Shown: positions 54,148 through 64,000 of the stretch, in pieces
Layout of the letters: each line of letters starts with the position of its first letter
Numbering within the stretch: the stretch's first letter is position 1
From: Lingula anatina
Taxonomy: Eukaryota > Animalia > Brachiopoda
NCBI GenBank assembly: GCA_051362555.1
Contig: CM120641.1
Coordinates: 15,314,001 to 15,378,000, forward strand
DNA length: 64,000 nt
Direction: 5' to 3'
Notes under the pieces: generated by a model
What the model was told of the DNA's origin: nothing
Databases searched by the model: none
Seen by the model: the letters and a program-made list of their open reading frames with translations, nothing else
Translations under genes and position numbers: made by a program

Positions 54148-57100
54148 CAATCAACAAGATATGAGTCAAACAATCTAATCCACCTGGGCAGGGATCCGAT
54201 GCCTCACTCATATACTCTCCTGAGGAACTCCAATAATCAGCCCAGGAAGTATAACTCATATCTACCTTCAAGTGCACTGAATCATGAGGTTTCCAGTCAG
54301 TGTTTGTTTCACAGGGACATATCTACAGTAACATTCATTATGTATTAAGGGTTCATTTTTGGCTGCTGTATGAAAGGAGTCATGGGACAGGTCATAAAAA
54401 ATTCAGTCAAATTGTTTTCTTGTGAGCAAATCTGTCTGCTAACATAGACCTAACAAGGATATGGCCATTTGGCCAGGGAGATTATAGCTAAGATGTGATG
54501 TTGGCGTGACTACAAGTCCTTGGCCTAGTTAGCTGCATAACTTTTGACTTTTGTATTCCATCTAAACAACTTTGACAGAAAGAGAATCATGGGAAATTAT
54601 ATAATATCATTCCAAACTGCTTTTATCTACATTTCATAATTTTGTTGTTCTACAAAGAAAGGTAACATAACATACATCATAACTTGGCAGATCAGTAAAA
54701 CACTGTCTCAATGTAGACTTCAACCCATAAGTTAAATTTGATTTTTTGTACGCTCTAGCTCATAGAATAGGAAGTTACTTTATGCACATGAACCAGCAAT
54801 ACCATTCAACTGTGACTAAATTGGCAACAACCTACATCTGTTCAAACATTTATAATAATATAAGAAATTAACCTGCAAATCAGACATTCAGAGAGATCCT
54901 CATGTAGATGAATACATGCGAAATACTAGTATCACCAAAAAGCTGAACATTGATTTGGAACAAGGTTGCATGTTGCTTATATGGATATAGTGCAGACATA
55001 TGCAGGTGATGGCTACAGGTATACACAGGGGTCCCTGTATATAAACTGCACCTTTCTTGGCTCAGTAGAGGATAAAGCAGGAAGCAACTTCAAATGGGCC
55101 TGAAAATTTTGTGGTCACCAATATTTCCACTTAAAATATTTCAGTTCTTACTCATAAGATATGTTGATCAATCATGTGCCCGCAAGTTTCCTTTGAAAGT
55201 TTTCTGAATTGCTTCAAATTCTTAACCATATATCATTTTTTAAGGAGAAATAACATCAACCAAAAACAACTAACATTTGGCCATTATTATTATTATTTTT
55301 TTTAATACCTTATATTTCAAGGCCAGTGAGTATGCATCACCTACTGGGTTACATACATCACTGTAACATTTAGAACAGCAAACTCGTAATTTGTGACACA
55401 TGATCATGTCAGGTAAAAAAAAAAGGGCAATGTATTGAATATTACAGATGCAGGCCTATAGGTAGGATAGGGTGGTTAATAGTGGGTTTTACTGATAACT
55501 TTTCAAAGTACCCCCTTTTGGTCCGAAAAGTTACATTCTGAATCACAATTGCATAGGTTCTATGTCAAGTTGGAACAAATAAGGGGATAAAAAGTTCCAC
55601 TTTAATGGAAAAAGAATCCCTCTTTAAAATTTCTGGTCTGTAAAGAAATGCTACTTGAAGGTATATGCTTACCATGATTAAGACTGAAGAGCATTACATG
55701 ATATTACTTTCTTAAGGATTAGTTCAAACTACAATTTTCACTGCTATATGCAAATCAAATCCCTAAAATTTTTGGAGATTATGAAATTAGGATGCAGAAA
55801 GAAATTTCAAACACAGATTAATCTTATATATATGGTCTAAATGGAAGTTTTGTCTTTCTGACATCCAAGTTTTACTCTGTATGTCACTAACCATAATAAA
55901 TGCATATATATATGGATGCATATGACAATGCACTTTGAAGTTTGTGAAAGGCAGTGACAAAATGTGTGCATGCTACAAATCTCGTCAACATCCTAAATCA
56001 ACCTTCAATTTAGGCCAAGTAAACTACATTCATATCTTTTTTAAATATGTATTGAGTCAGGCCCTATTAATGACAAAATGCAGATTTCAACTTTTCCCCC
56101 CAGTAAGGAAACTCCTACATCATCAATATAAACCATTTTAAATCATGCATACCACAGTCACCTGAAAAGGCCAGGTTTTTAAATTGCAACAAAAGGAGTT
56201 ACTGGACACTGTTTCTTCTTTTTTCTGGAGATGGAGTAGTGGATCGTGGTGTGGCAGTAATTGTTCAAAATCGAAAGCTGCCTAGCTACAAGCCAATGGT
56301 GAAACTGCAGGCTTGGCATCTCTGATTTCAGAGGATTTCAACTCTTACACATGATGTATTGTAAAAATGCTGCCTCATACTTTTTAGAATTTATGAAACT
56401 ATTTCATTGGTAATGCAGAAGGAAAGACTAAAGTGATCAAACACCACCTGTTCTTTAGCCCTTTTGGTGTCCAGTGTAAGGCATTTAACGGCTCCAAATA
56501 TATAGAAATATACCCCTTACCCTCCAATTCCAAGTCAGACAGGAACGAAAATGTGGTCACCAAATGCATAATGCCAGTGCTTACATGTAATACTTCACTG
56601 AGAGTCCCAACAAGTTCAGAAGCAGTAGACAAAGACTTAGCTCTTGATCAAATCCAAGTTTACATTGGCAGTACATTGATGTACAAGTCACATTTGCACA
56701 CAGAAAGTTCTGGAAGGTAACCAATGCTGTCAAAACTGTCAAATACGTATTGGCTGCATTGCCACCCTCCACATAGACAGGCAATGTAAATAAAACTATG
56801 GATACTCTCTGGGGATTCTCAATGAGCGCAATCAGCTTAACAGACTAAAATACAAAAAAGCTAGTGATTATGAAAGTAGGAAGAAGAAAGGTGTGTCACT
56901 TAAGCTGATTGCACTTAGTGAGAGTCCCCGCACAGTTGGGTCGATCCACATAGACTGTTGGTAACTTTATGGGAATAAGGCCAATGATTTTAATCATGAC
57001 CTCATTATTAAAATAATATACTTCTGATTTTTTGAAAGTGATTCCTTCAAATTCTTTTTCACATTTGCATACCTGTTCTTTGTCTTCTGTTTGGTCACCT

Positions 57101-57273
57101 TCTCCTTTTCTCTCCAATGATATTTCCTGCACCCCACCATTCTCATTCTCAGCATTGCCACCCTTCTTAGAGTGTTTTCTTTCCTTCTTTGCCTTCTTGT
57201 TACTTTCAGTGTTTCCTGAGCCATCTGCAGCTACAGGCTCTGTGATGCTCGCTTTACCAGATTTGTTGCCCAT
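44704..57273 (-). CDS. Putatively myristoylated, acidic low-complexity protein with a C-terminal AMPK-beta-type CBM48 domain (about 962 aa)
   Basis: In-phase exons 57273-57073, 52719-50413 (2307 nt), 47349-47287, 47089-47036, 46312-46203, 45238-45145, 44763-44704 (TAA). The last three encode LPVHFKWEHEGTEVYLIGSFSDWKDQVKMEKVDGVFCTTLELAEGEYQYKFVVDGEKKENHSQTTTACEDGHNNLIVVKKEE*. Joining all exons into one transcript is inferred from phases and strand. Confidence 0.8.
47562..47945. mobile_element. Degenerate hAT-like MITE
   Basis: Imperfect termini cagtggcagatcc ... ggaatctgccacag; no clear TSD. Confidence 0.4.
49014..49052 (-). CDS. Candidate 39-nt cassette exon (NLAPVLIEKYLRE) of the CBM48 gene
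   Basis: Minus strand ttctatattattcaacag|AAC...GAA|gtaatt, phase 0-0, TGCATG about 30 nt upstream. Confidence 0.5.
49265..49891 (-). mobile_element. Second, shorter HINE-like element with the same termini as 17926-20113
   Basis: Minus strand 5' ttttatgtacagacactgtgtgctgtatat plus (TA)n; 3' tctgtacatttggcagcttttgttgcctt (subTIR plus hairpin). Confidence 0.7.
53172..53249. repeat. 39-bp tandem duplication
   Basis: tataatagtata..gttaactatcta.tagaatcactca occurs twice. Confidence 0.85.
56752..56982. mobile_element. PIF/Harbinger-like MITE, subfamily C, degenerate
   Basis: Right arm gctgattgcacttagtgagagtcccc...gggtcgatccac...tatgggaataaggcc matches 11481-11739; left end is uncertain. Confidence 0.6.
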
Positions 57274-58188
57274 CTTGTGATGACTACCTTGGAAAATCTA
57301 GTAACTAAAAGGTAAAAAAAAATTAGAATCCAGTTTATGTGTGGTCAAACCTCTACTAAGCATCAGTATCGTTATTGCAGTTAAAATTATCACAGTGCTA
57401 TCTCCAATAATATTGGTTTTATATCATAGTTAAAATTATCACAGTTTTATCTCCAATATTACAATTATAGTTATCATGGTATTTCAGTTTTATCTCCGAT
57501 ATCATAGGGTTTTTTTCCATTCAGGTTAATGGATACCTTGCTTAACAGACAATAAGAAAACCAAACACTAGTACACTGACTATCTCAAGATAATTTAAAT
57601 ATATTACAAATAAGTATGTTGTGCCAAAGTACTTACTTGATTTACCTAATCAAACTTATCAACATTAACAATACAAATAATAAGATAAATCAATCTGATA
57701 AAATGTTCTGAATTCTTTTTACAACAAACCCTGTTAGAAATATTGGATTATCAACAAAAATAGTAGCTATATTCCGACTTCTTAAACCATCCAACACTTC
57801 AGTAAATTTTCTCATCTAAATATCATTTGAGTTTTCATGCTTTCATTTACAATTGTTAGGGGGAACATTGTCCACACACTCAAAAACCTTAAAATCAAAA
57901 CAATTGCAATAACTCAAATCGGTCTAAATGATCAAAAACATTTATATTGATCACAAAATTGTTTTAATTCTTTCTTATACCAATCTCTCTCTCTGTCATC
58001 AGGAAACTTAACCATTCATTTCAGTCCTACTCAATTTTAATCACAGCCCTACACCCCATGATCTAGTCCAAATATGCAGTCTCTACCACACTTATTTCCA
58101 ATTAAATATATAAATATTCACTGGTGTGCAAGAGACTTGACCAAACAGAGGCACACATAACCCAAAATTAAGGGCTATCGGCCACTAG

Positions 58189-58403
58189 CACCCCATTCTC
58201 ATAGATTAGATCGACCTACATTGGATCGACCTAACTCCCTGGGGGTTCACGCTAAATAGCTGTCAGCCGGGCGGACACGAAAGTTAATTACCCCTTAAAG
58301 CTTGTAGTAGGCGGGGACGGACACTTAAGGGGGATTATCTGACAGTAATCTAGTGAGACTCCCCGCGGTGATAGATCGATCTAAAAGTTGTGAGAACAGA
58401 GCC
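58189..58403. mobile_element. PIF/Harbinger-like MITE, subfamily B (inverted relative to the 21632 copy)
   Basis: TAG TSD (58186-88, 58404-06); same 215-bp length and high similarity to the reverse complement of 21632-21846. Confidence 0.85.
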
Positions 58404-60423
58404 TAGGACACTGCCAAATGTTTCCCTTTATTTAATTCTGTATTCAAAGCATGGAAGTGAGTTATCATTTGCCCTTTTGACAGTGTAAACTGCCCATATC
58501 GAGGTACACACAAAGTGTCTGCTGAACTTGATCTCATTTGGAAATGTAGCATCTACAAAGCCATAATTGAAATTGTCATGGAGACTCCGACAAACACCTG
58601 TGACGATAAAATGAAATGAAGATGTACATAAAATTGCCAAAAAATTAAAATCCTGCATAAAAGACAATGAGATTTTAAGCACGTGGCAGACAATCAAAAT
58701 TATGTAAGACCATGCCAAAGACCACATTCATGCTTTAACATTCATTGCAATGTCAATTCTCCCTTTAACAAGACCTGACAAAGGAAAACATTTATGCCCC
58801 ACTGAAAAATGATCCTAAGATGCTAACTGTACACGTTTCAGAATTCATAGGGGTGGTTCCTGGGTGAGTACGGTATATAGTCTATTATAGTCTATATTAT
58901 GGTAAGTATACAGTCTATTATACAGCCCAGGTCATTTAGATACAATAGGTGGCAAACATCGTTCTCTTTCCCCACTTTTACATCAATTTTGGGATTAGTG
59001 CAAAAGCCTATTAAAAGCCACACAATGAGCAAGCATTATCTACCATTATGTAGCAAAAAATAAAGAAATAAAAATAATAATATTATTAGGATTTTTTTTT
59101 TTTTTTTTTTTTTTTTTGGTAGTTCAACACTTGTCCACTCTATTAATTCCCAAGATACACCATACCAAATCTAATGAAAAAACTACAATCCGTAAACCTG
59201 TTTTAGTTCTAGGTTCCTAATTTTTGAGTCATCTCACTTTGGAGATAGAAAAAGGTGAAATTCACAGAAAATTTAGAGCTTTTCAAGCCATCAGGTTTGT
59301 TTTATAGATCATATTTTTCTCAACAGTTTAAAATATGTGATAAAGAAATGTTGTCTAAATTCCCAGGTTATTTCTTTTGCTAATGAACATATGTCTGCTA
59401 TTTTGAAAACATGCTCCATGTTAACTCAAACATTCCGTCCTCTGAAGCTCCACTTGGCAAGGAGACTGAAAAAAATTGATATTGATTTCTTGATGAAACG
59501 CCAGGAAATCACTGCCAGTCAGCAGAGGCTTACACTCAGGCCATAGGCTGACCACAAAATACATTCTTTTCCCAAGTGGCCATTAACATTTTAGTGTGTC
59601 GACAGGGTGGATTTGCATGAATCTCACTCAGTGGCAATGTGTGCTTCTGTAGAACGAATAATAAATTTGTTTCATATTACATCAATCTATTCCATCCAAT
59701 TAATTTAGATGCCCCTAAATTATTGTACCGCCTCCTCTTATTTTTCTGAAGGGGGAGCACTATAAAAACTGAAGTTCAAACCCTGTGGAATCTGTTTAAC
59801 TGATATCATAAGGACTGATATAGGTCTTACATCATGAACAGAGAATATTTGACCACCAAAATGGTTGGCTGTCTACAGCTGCATGACCAGTAAGCTGGCA
59901 CCAAGGATCTCAAGTCAATATTCAGGATTTCCATAATACAATAGTGAGTCTGCTTGAAAAGGTATCATTAACATGTCTTGCCACTGTAAGATACCTGTTG
60001 TCTTTCCATGCTGCATGCATGACTGGCTAGCTGGAATGTTCTTACTAACCAGTCACCACCCCTGGCTCATTAGGCTAGCCAGATACACTGATAAGTCACC
60101 CTTTTATATGGTATGTGGAGCTATTTAAGCCCTGGCTGGACTACACAGAAAATTATATAATACAAGGATTTATATGAAGGGCCATTTTTTATGCTTGTTC
60201 TAAATCAGTGCTTTCACTGGAATTTATACACACTTGAAAGTAGGAACATCCAATTAAGATTCTTACAACTGTCTGTGTAAAAATACAAAAGGAGAATGTA
60301 TGGAAAATTAATTATCCCCATACAAAAGATAAAATCATGTACCTGAACAAGTTATTGTTAACTAGATTGTGCTGTATTGAGACATTTTTGTTCAAAAGTA
60401 ATACAGGTAAATATGAGACACCT

Positions 60424-60425
<2 letters not shown>

Positions 60426-60490
<65 letters not shown>
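60426..60490. repeat. (AT)n microsatellite
   Basis: Read directly from sequence; a shorter one lies at about 24562-24594. Confidence 0.95.
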
Positions 60491-60494
<4 letters not shown>

Positions 60495-61886
60495 GAAAAA
60501 AATTATTATTAGACTTACTAATTATGATGTAAGCAAAGACCTTTTGTGCAATTGCTACAGCTTGATGACCTCAAATAAATTGTGGATGACCCATGCTGGT
60601 TGCCACGTACAACTTATTAGTTATGATGTTATATTTTTTACAACATTTCCACAAAATGTTACATCTATTTATTCTATGTTGCCGATTTTAAAATAACTTC
60701 CATATAGTTTTTATTTAAACCATACAAAATGAGTTGAAATAATAACAAAAAAATCTACCAATAGTAGCAAGGCACATGATTTTATCATATGACTGAAGAA
60801 CTGATTGTGTTTTAATATTGAAAATTTATTCATCTTGTCACATATCTTCTTCATTTCTTGACACACTTGACCATTGAGTAACAGAGAAAAATTAATGATA
60901 ATTATCGTGAATCATTTGTATAATAGATGCAATGCTTGGCCTTCAGTGATCCACTTAGGGACACATATGCAAGCACATATTGTACTGTGGCAGTACTCCT
61001 CTATACAAGAATGTAATACAGCTAAATGGGTGTTCTGTCTGCTCATCACAGTATGCAAATTCCCCATGTGTTTTATCAGCTGTTAATCTATTGGAGCAGC
61101 ATACTGAGAATACTGAATACATCAGTCATTAGAGCATTAGGGAGTCTTCTGTGAGGCTGTTCACATGGGGCTACTTTTGACTGGAAATTGGCTTCACTTC
61201 CACTGTCAGACAGCCACATTTTCTGACAATCTAATGTGGATTAGGCTAATTTCTGGTTTTAAAGAGTACTGGTCTGAATAGACCCGAACATTGCAGATAT
61301 ACCCAACCCTAAATGAACGAGCCTTTTCTTTGGTTTACTCACCCTCCTTCCTATTCAAAAATCCAATCCAAGGTATGAATCATAAATGGCCTCAGTCTAC
61401 AGTGGTAGGTCCTATCACACTGTTAACATAATCTTCTCCACAAACTAGGAGTTCATGTGACAGTCATTCATTTTACGAATAATCCAGGTCATGGGAAAAT
61501 AATGGGTTGTGTATTCATGGGCAGACATAGGGGGTGACACAAGAGAAACATTCTTCTTTTCTAACAACTACCTTTGGCTCCCCCCCCCCCCCCCCCCCCC
61601 CCCAATCAACATCCTGGTCTAAATGTGAATATCAATATCCTACATGTTGAGTAATGTCATAAACATTTCATCATCAACTTTCATTCAATGCTAGCCTATA
61701 GTTCAATACACTGAGAGGCTAGTTACTTAAATATCAAACGGAAAGTGAGACTTAATACAGCATTCATTAAATAAGGCACGTTTTTAGTCTTTTATGTGCA
61801 TGATTGGTATTTAACGTTTGCTGCTTTTTCAGCACTGAGAATCAGGTATATACTTACACTATCCTACTACTGTTGCACCTGTACAG

Positions 61887-62460
61887 TGCACCTGTATTTT
61901 TTACATGACCAATTATCAGTCCCACAAACAATTATATCATAAGCTAATTTCTTTTAAAACTATTGCCTTAATATGGATTAGCCCTAACTACAAATGCTGA
62001 ACAGGAAGAAGCAGGATGACAAGAGGCATTCCAGCAGGCCACTGTTTGGAAAAGGATGGTCTTAGAAATATTTAGCCTACTTTTACCGAATTCCTTCTGA
62101 CTAAAACAATATATAACATGTACCAAATAAGGCAAAATTCCATCTTTTCTATGCATACTTGAAAATGTTTTCAAACCAAAGAAGTTTACAGCCTTACAAC
62201 TTCAGAAGCACATATGCCTCTGCACCTGTTTTTTTTCTTTTTTTAATGTAACCAATTATCAGTCCCATGAACTCTGTATCAATAGCTAAATTTCTTTTAA
62301 AAGTTTTGCCTTATTCTTATCTTTCAAAGCTGTGTGAGTAATGAAAAGAGAGAGAGAGGATGACAAAACACATTCCAGCAGGTCGCTGTGTTGTAAAGGA
62401 TAGTCTTGGAAATATTTAACCTTGCCCCCATCCCCCTCAAAATTACCTTTCACTAAAATC
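61887..62460. repeat. Diverged direct duplication, about 335 bp period
   Basis: tgcacctgt...accaattatcagtccca...cattccagcagg...aaatattta present at about 61887 and about 62221. Confidence 0.75.
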
Positions 62461-63583
62461 AACCAAATCAATCTACAGCTAAAGGGAATTGTTGACACTG
62501 TAAAAGAGCAAGAAAAAATATAGGTACACTAGTATTAGGGATGCCCCAAAATTCTCAAGGTTTGTTAGTCACAAGTTTGTTGGTCCAAAAGTTAACCTAA
62601 GACATTGTTCTGTCTGCATCACTTTTCATAACATTTTTGCTTTGAATATTTTTATGTCTAATTTCTTCTGCACCTTGGACCTAGTGAACCTCAAAACAAA
62701 TATTTAAGTTTGAAACCAGTGAACTTTCTGACTAAAAAAAAACAATAAAGACTAACAACATGCACACAAAATGTTAACAACTAAGCTTCTTGAAAATATA
62801 AATTATCAGTTGTAAAAAGTGTTGAGCTTGAGACCAGATATTAAAAGTAAAAAATGGGCTTGAATTTGGGCATGAATTAAAAGGATCTATTGGATAATAC
62901 AGTGTTTTAGATTAATGAAATATGCAAATGAATCTGAAGTTCAGCATAACAGATATGCATGTTTTAAAATACAATCAAGATCTCATTTAGTATTTAGTGC
63001 CTGTAGTCCATTAGTTTAGGCAAGTCTCAGGCCTCAGTTGTGCTCTTCTTAGATATGCTAGGCCCCCATTTAAAAACAAAACTAGTTTTGGTAACTAAAA
63101 AAAACTTTAGTCAGACATTCAGTTTGCACTTTAATGCCATCACTTAGGAGTAAAATAGGAAATCTAGCGCAGGTATTTTAAGCCTGCACGCTATCTGAAT
63201 TTTGAAATGTCAAACGGCAACATTTGCATTTTTCACTGCCAGCTATATGCAAGAATTCATATAATAAAGCCTGTGATAAATATTCAAATGAACTCCATAT
63301 TGCCTAGGCTCTAAACAACTTTACAGGCAGACATCCTTCATTGACGTTCACTCTTGATCAAAATAACCTCTTCTTCTCTGTGTTGCATAAAACAGTAATG
63401 ATTTCTTGAATAACTCAATGGAAAGTGTTGTAAACAGCAGCCGGCCGGCCCCAGGCCAGCGTGTATGCCGAGCCGGATGTCAAACTCTTGAAATGATGGC
63501 CGGTGAAAATATAACCAGAAATGAAAGCACTTATATCCCCCGATGACGCTAGAAATCTATCACACTTCTAAAAAATAACTCAC

Positions 63584-63900
63584 CCTGTAAGGTAGCCTAC
63601 TAGGTAAAATTGATCAACCTCCTTCTTTCTGATAAATTCCGACAGTGCTGGAATCGTGAGATCCTCTCAACTGCAGGCCGAGTGAGCGAGCTTGATGCTG
63701 TGAGTGATCTGTGACAGCAAGGTACGATGCTGTTGTGTCACTTGGCCTTCCACTCACTTAGTCTGCCTCCCGCCTGTGATTAATTCCTTCACTGTCTCTT
63801 GCAGCTGTAATGAGATAGGCTGGTTTCACAGGCGAGACTGGTAGATAAAGACAACGGATGATCTCGCTGCACGACATATGGAGCATGACGTCTATTTACC
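63584..63900 (-). promoter_or_regulatory. Probable promoter and non-coding first exon of the CBM48 gene
   Basis: Locally CpG-rich; minus-strand donor AGG|gtgagt at 63584/63583. The ATG exon has an acceptor at 57305-57306, so an upstream UTR exon is needed. Confidence 0.45.
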
Positions 63901-64000
63901 GCCCATTTCTTTATATTTGCCCCGTCCAATTATCTGGATGTTTGACCTGTTTGATATTTGGACGAGGGTGATTTTGTGCAATGATGATATATTCACGTAC

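Noticed and set aside
54160-54290. Trp/Tyr-containing minus-strand ORF (MSYTSWADYW...) as an alternative first exon
   Set aside because: The available donor is phase 1 and weak, incompatible with the phase-0 acceptor at 52719.
56399-56784. Overlapping short ORFs on both strands
   Set aside because: No recognisable domain or compatible splice sites; adjacent to and partly overlapping a MITE.
60337-60696. ORFs running through microsatellites (also 5524-5733, 35477-35674)
   Set aside because: Open only because the simple repeats lack stop codons.

Overview
AT-rich, intron-rich animal genomic DNA, probably lophotrochozoan or mollusc-like (inferred from repeat types and gene content). There are no prokaryotic features. 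Six spliced protein-coding genes were reconstructed by hand from GT-AG boundaries and phase continuity: (1) a BAIAP3/Munc13-4-type C2A-MUN-C2B gene, 5' truncated (+, 407-22772), with several candidate in-frame microexons; (2) a secreted single thyroglobulin type-1 domain protein (-, 25982-27532); (3) head-to-head with it, a GT92/DUF23 glycosyltransferase with altered catalytic motifs (+, 28031-30028); (4) an N-acylated globin X-like globin with distal Gln (-, 31134-34067); (5) PAQR3 (-, 38039-40848); (6) an unusual ~962-aa protein (-, 44704-57273). Gene 6 has an MGN myristoylation-type start, an ~800-aa acidic disordered spacer and a C-terminal AMPK-beta-type CBM48 glycogen-binding domain. It has no alpha/gamma-binding domain and has lost one of the two sugar-stacking Trp residues, making it the best candidate for an undescribed system. 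Repeats include six PIF/Harbinger-like foldback MITEs with 3-bp TSDs (one appears to supply a branch point) and two Helentron-type non-autonomous elements (one carries a 160-bp satellite array). All calls are from reading the sequence by eye; no searches were run.
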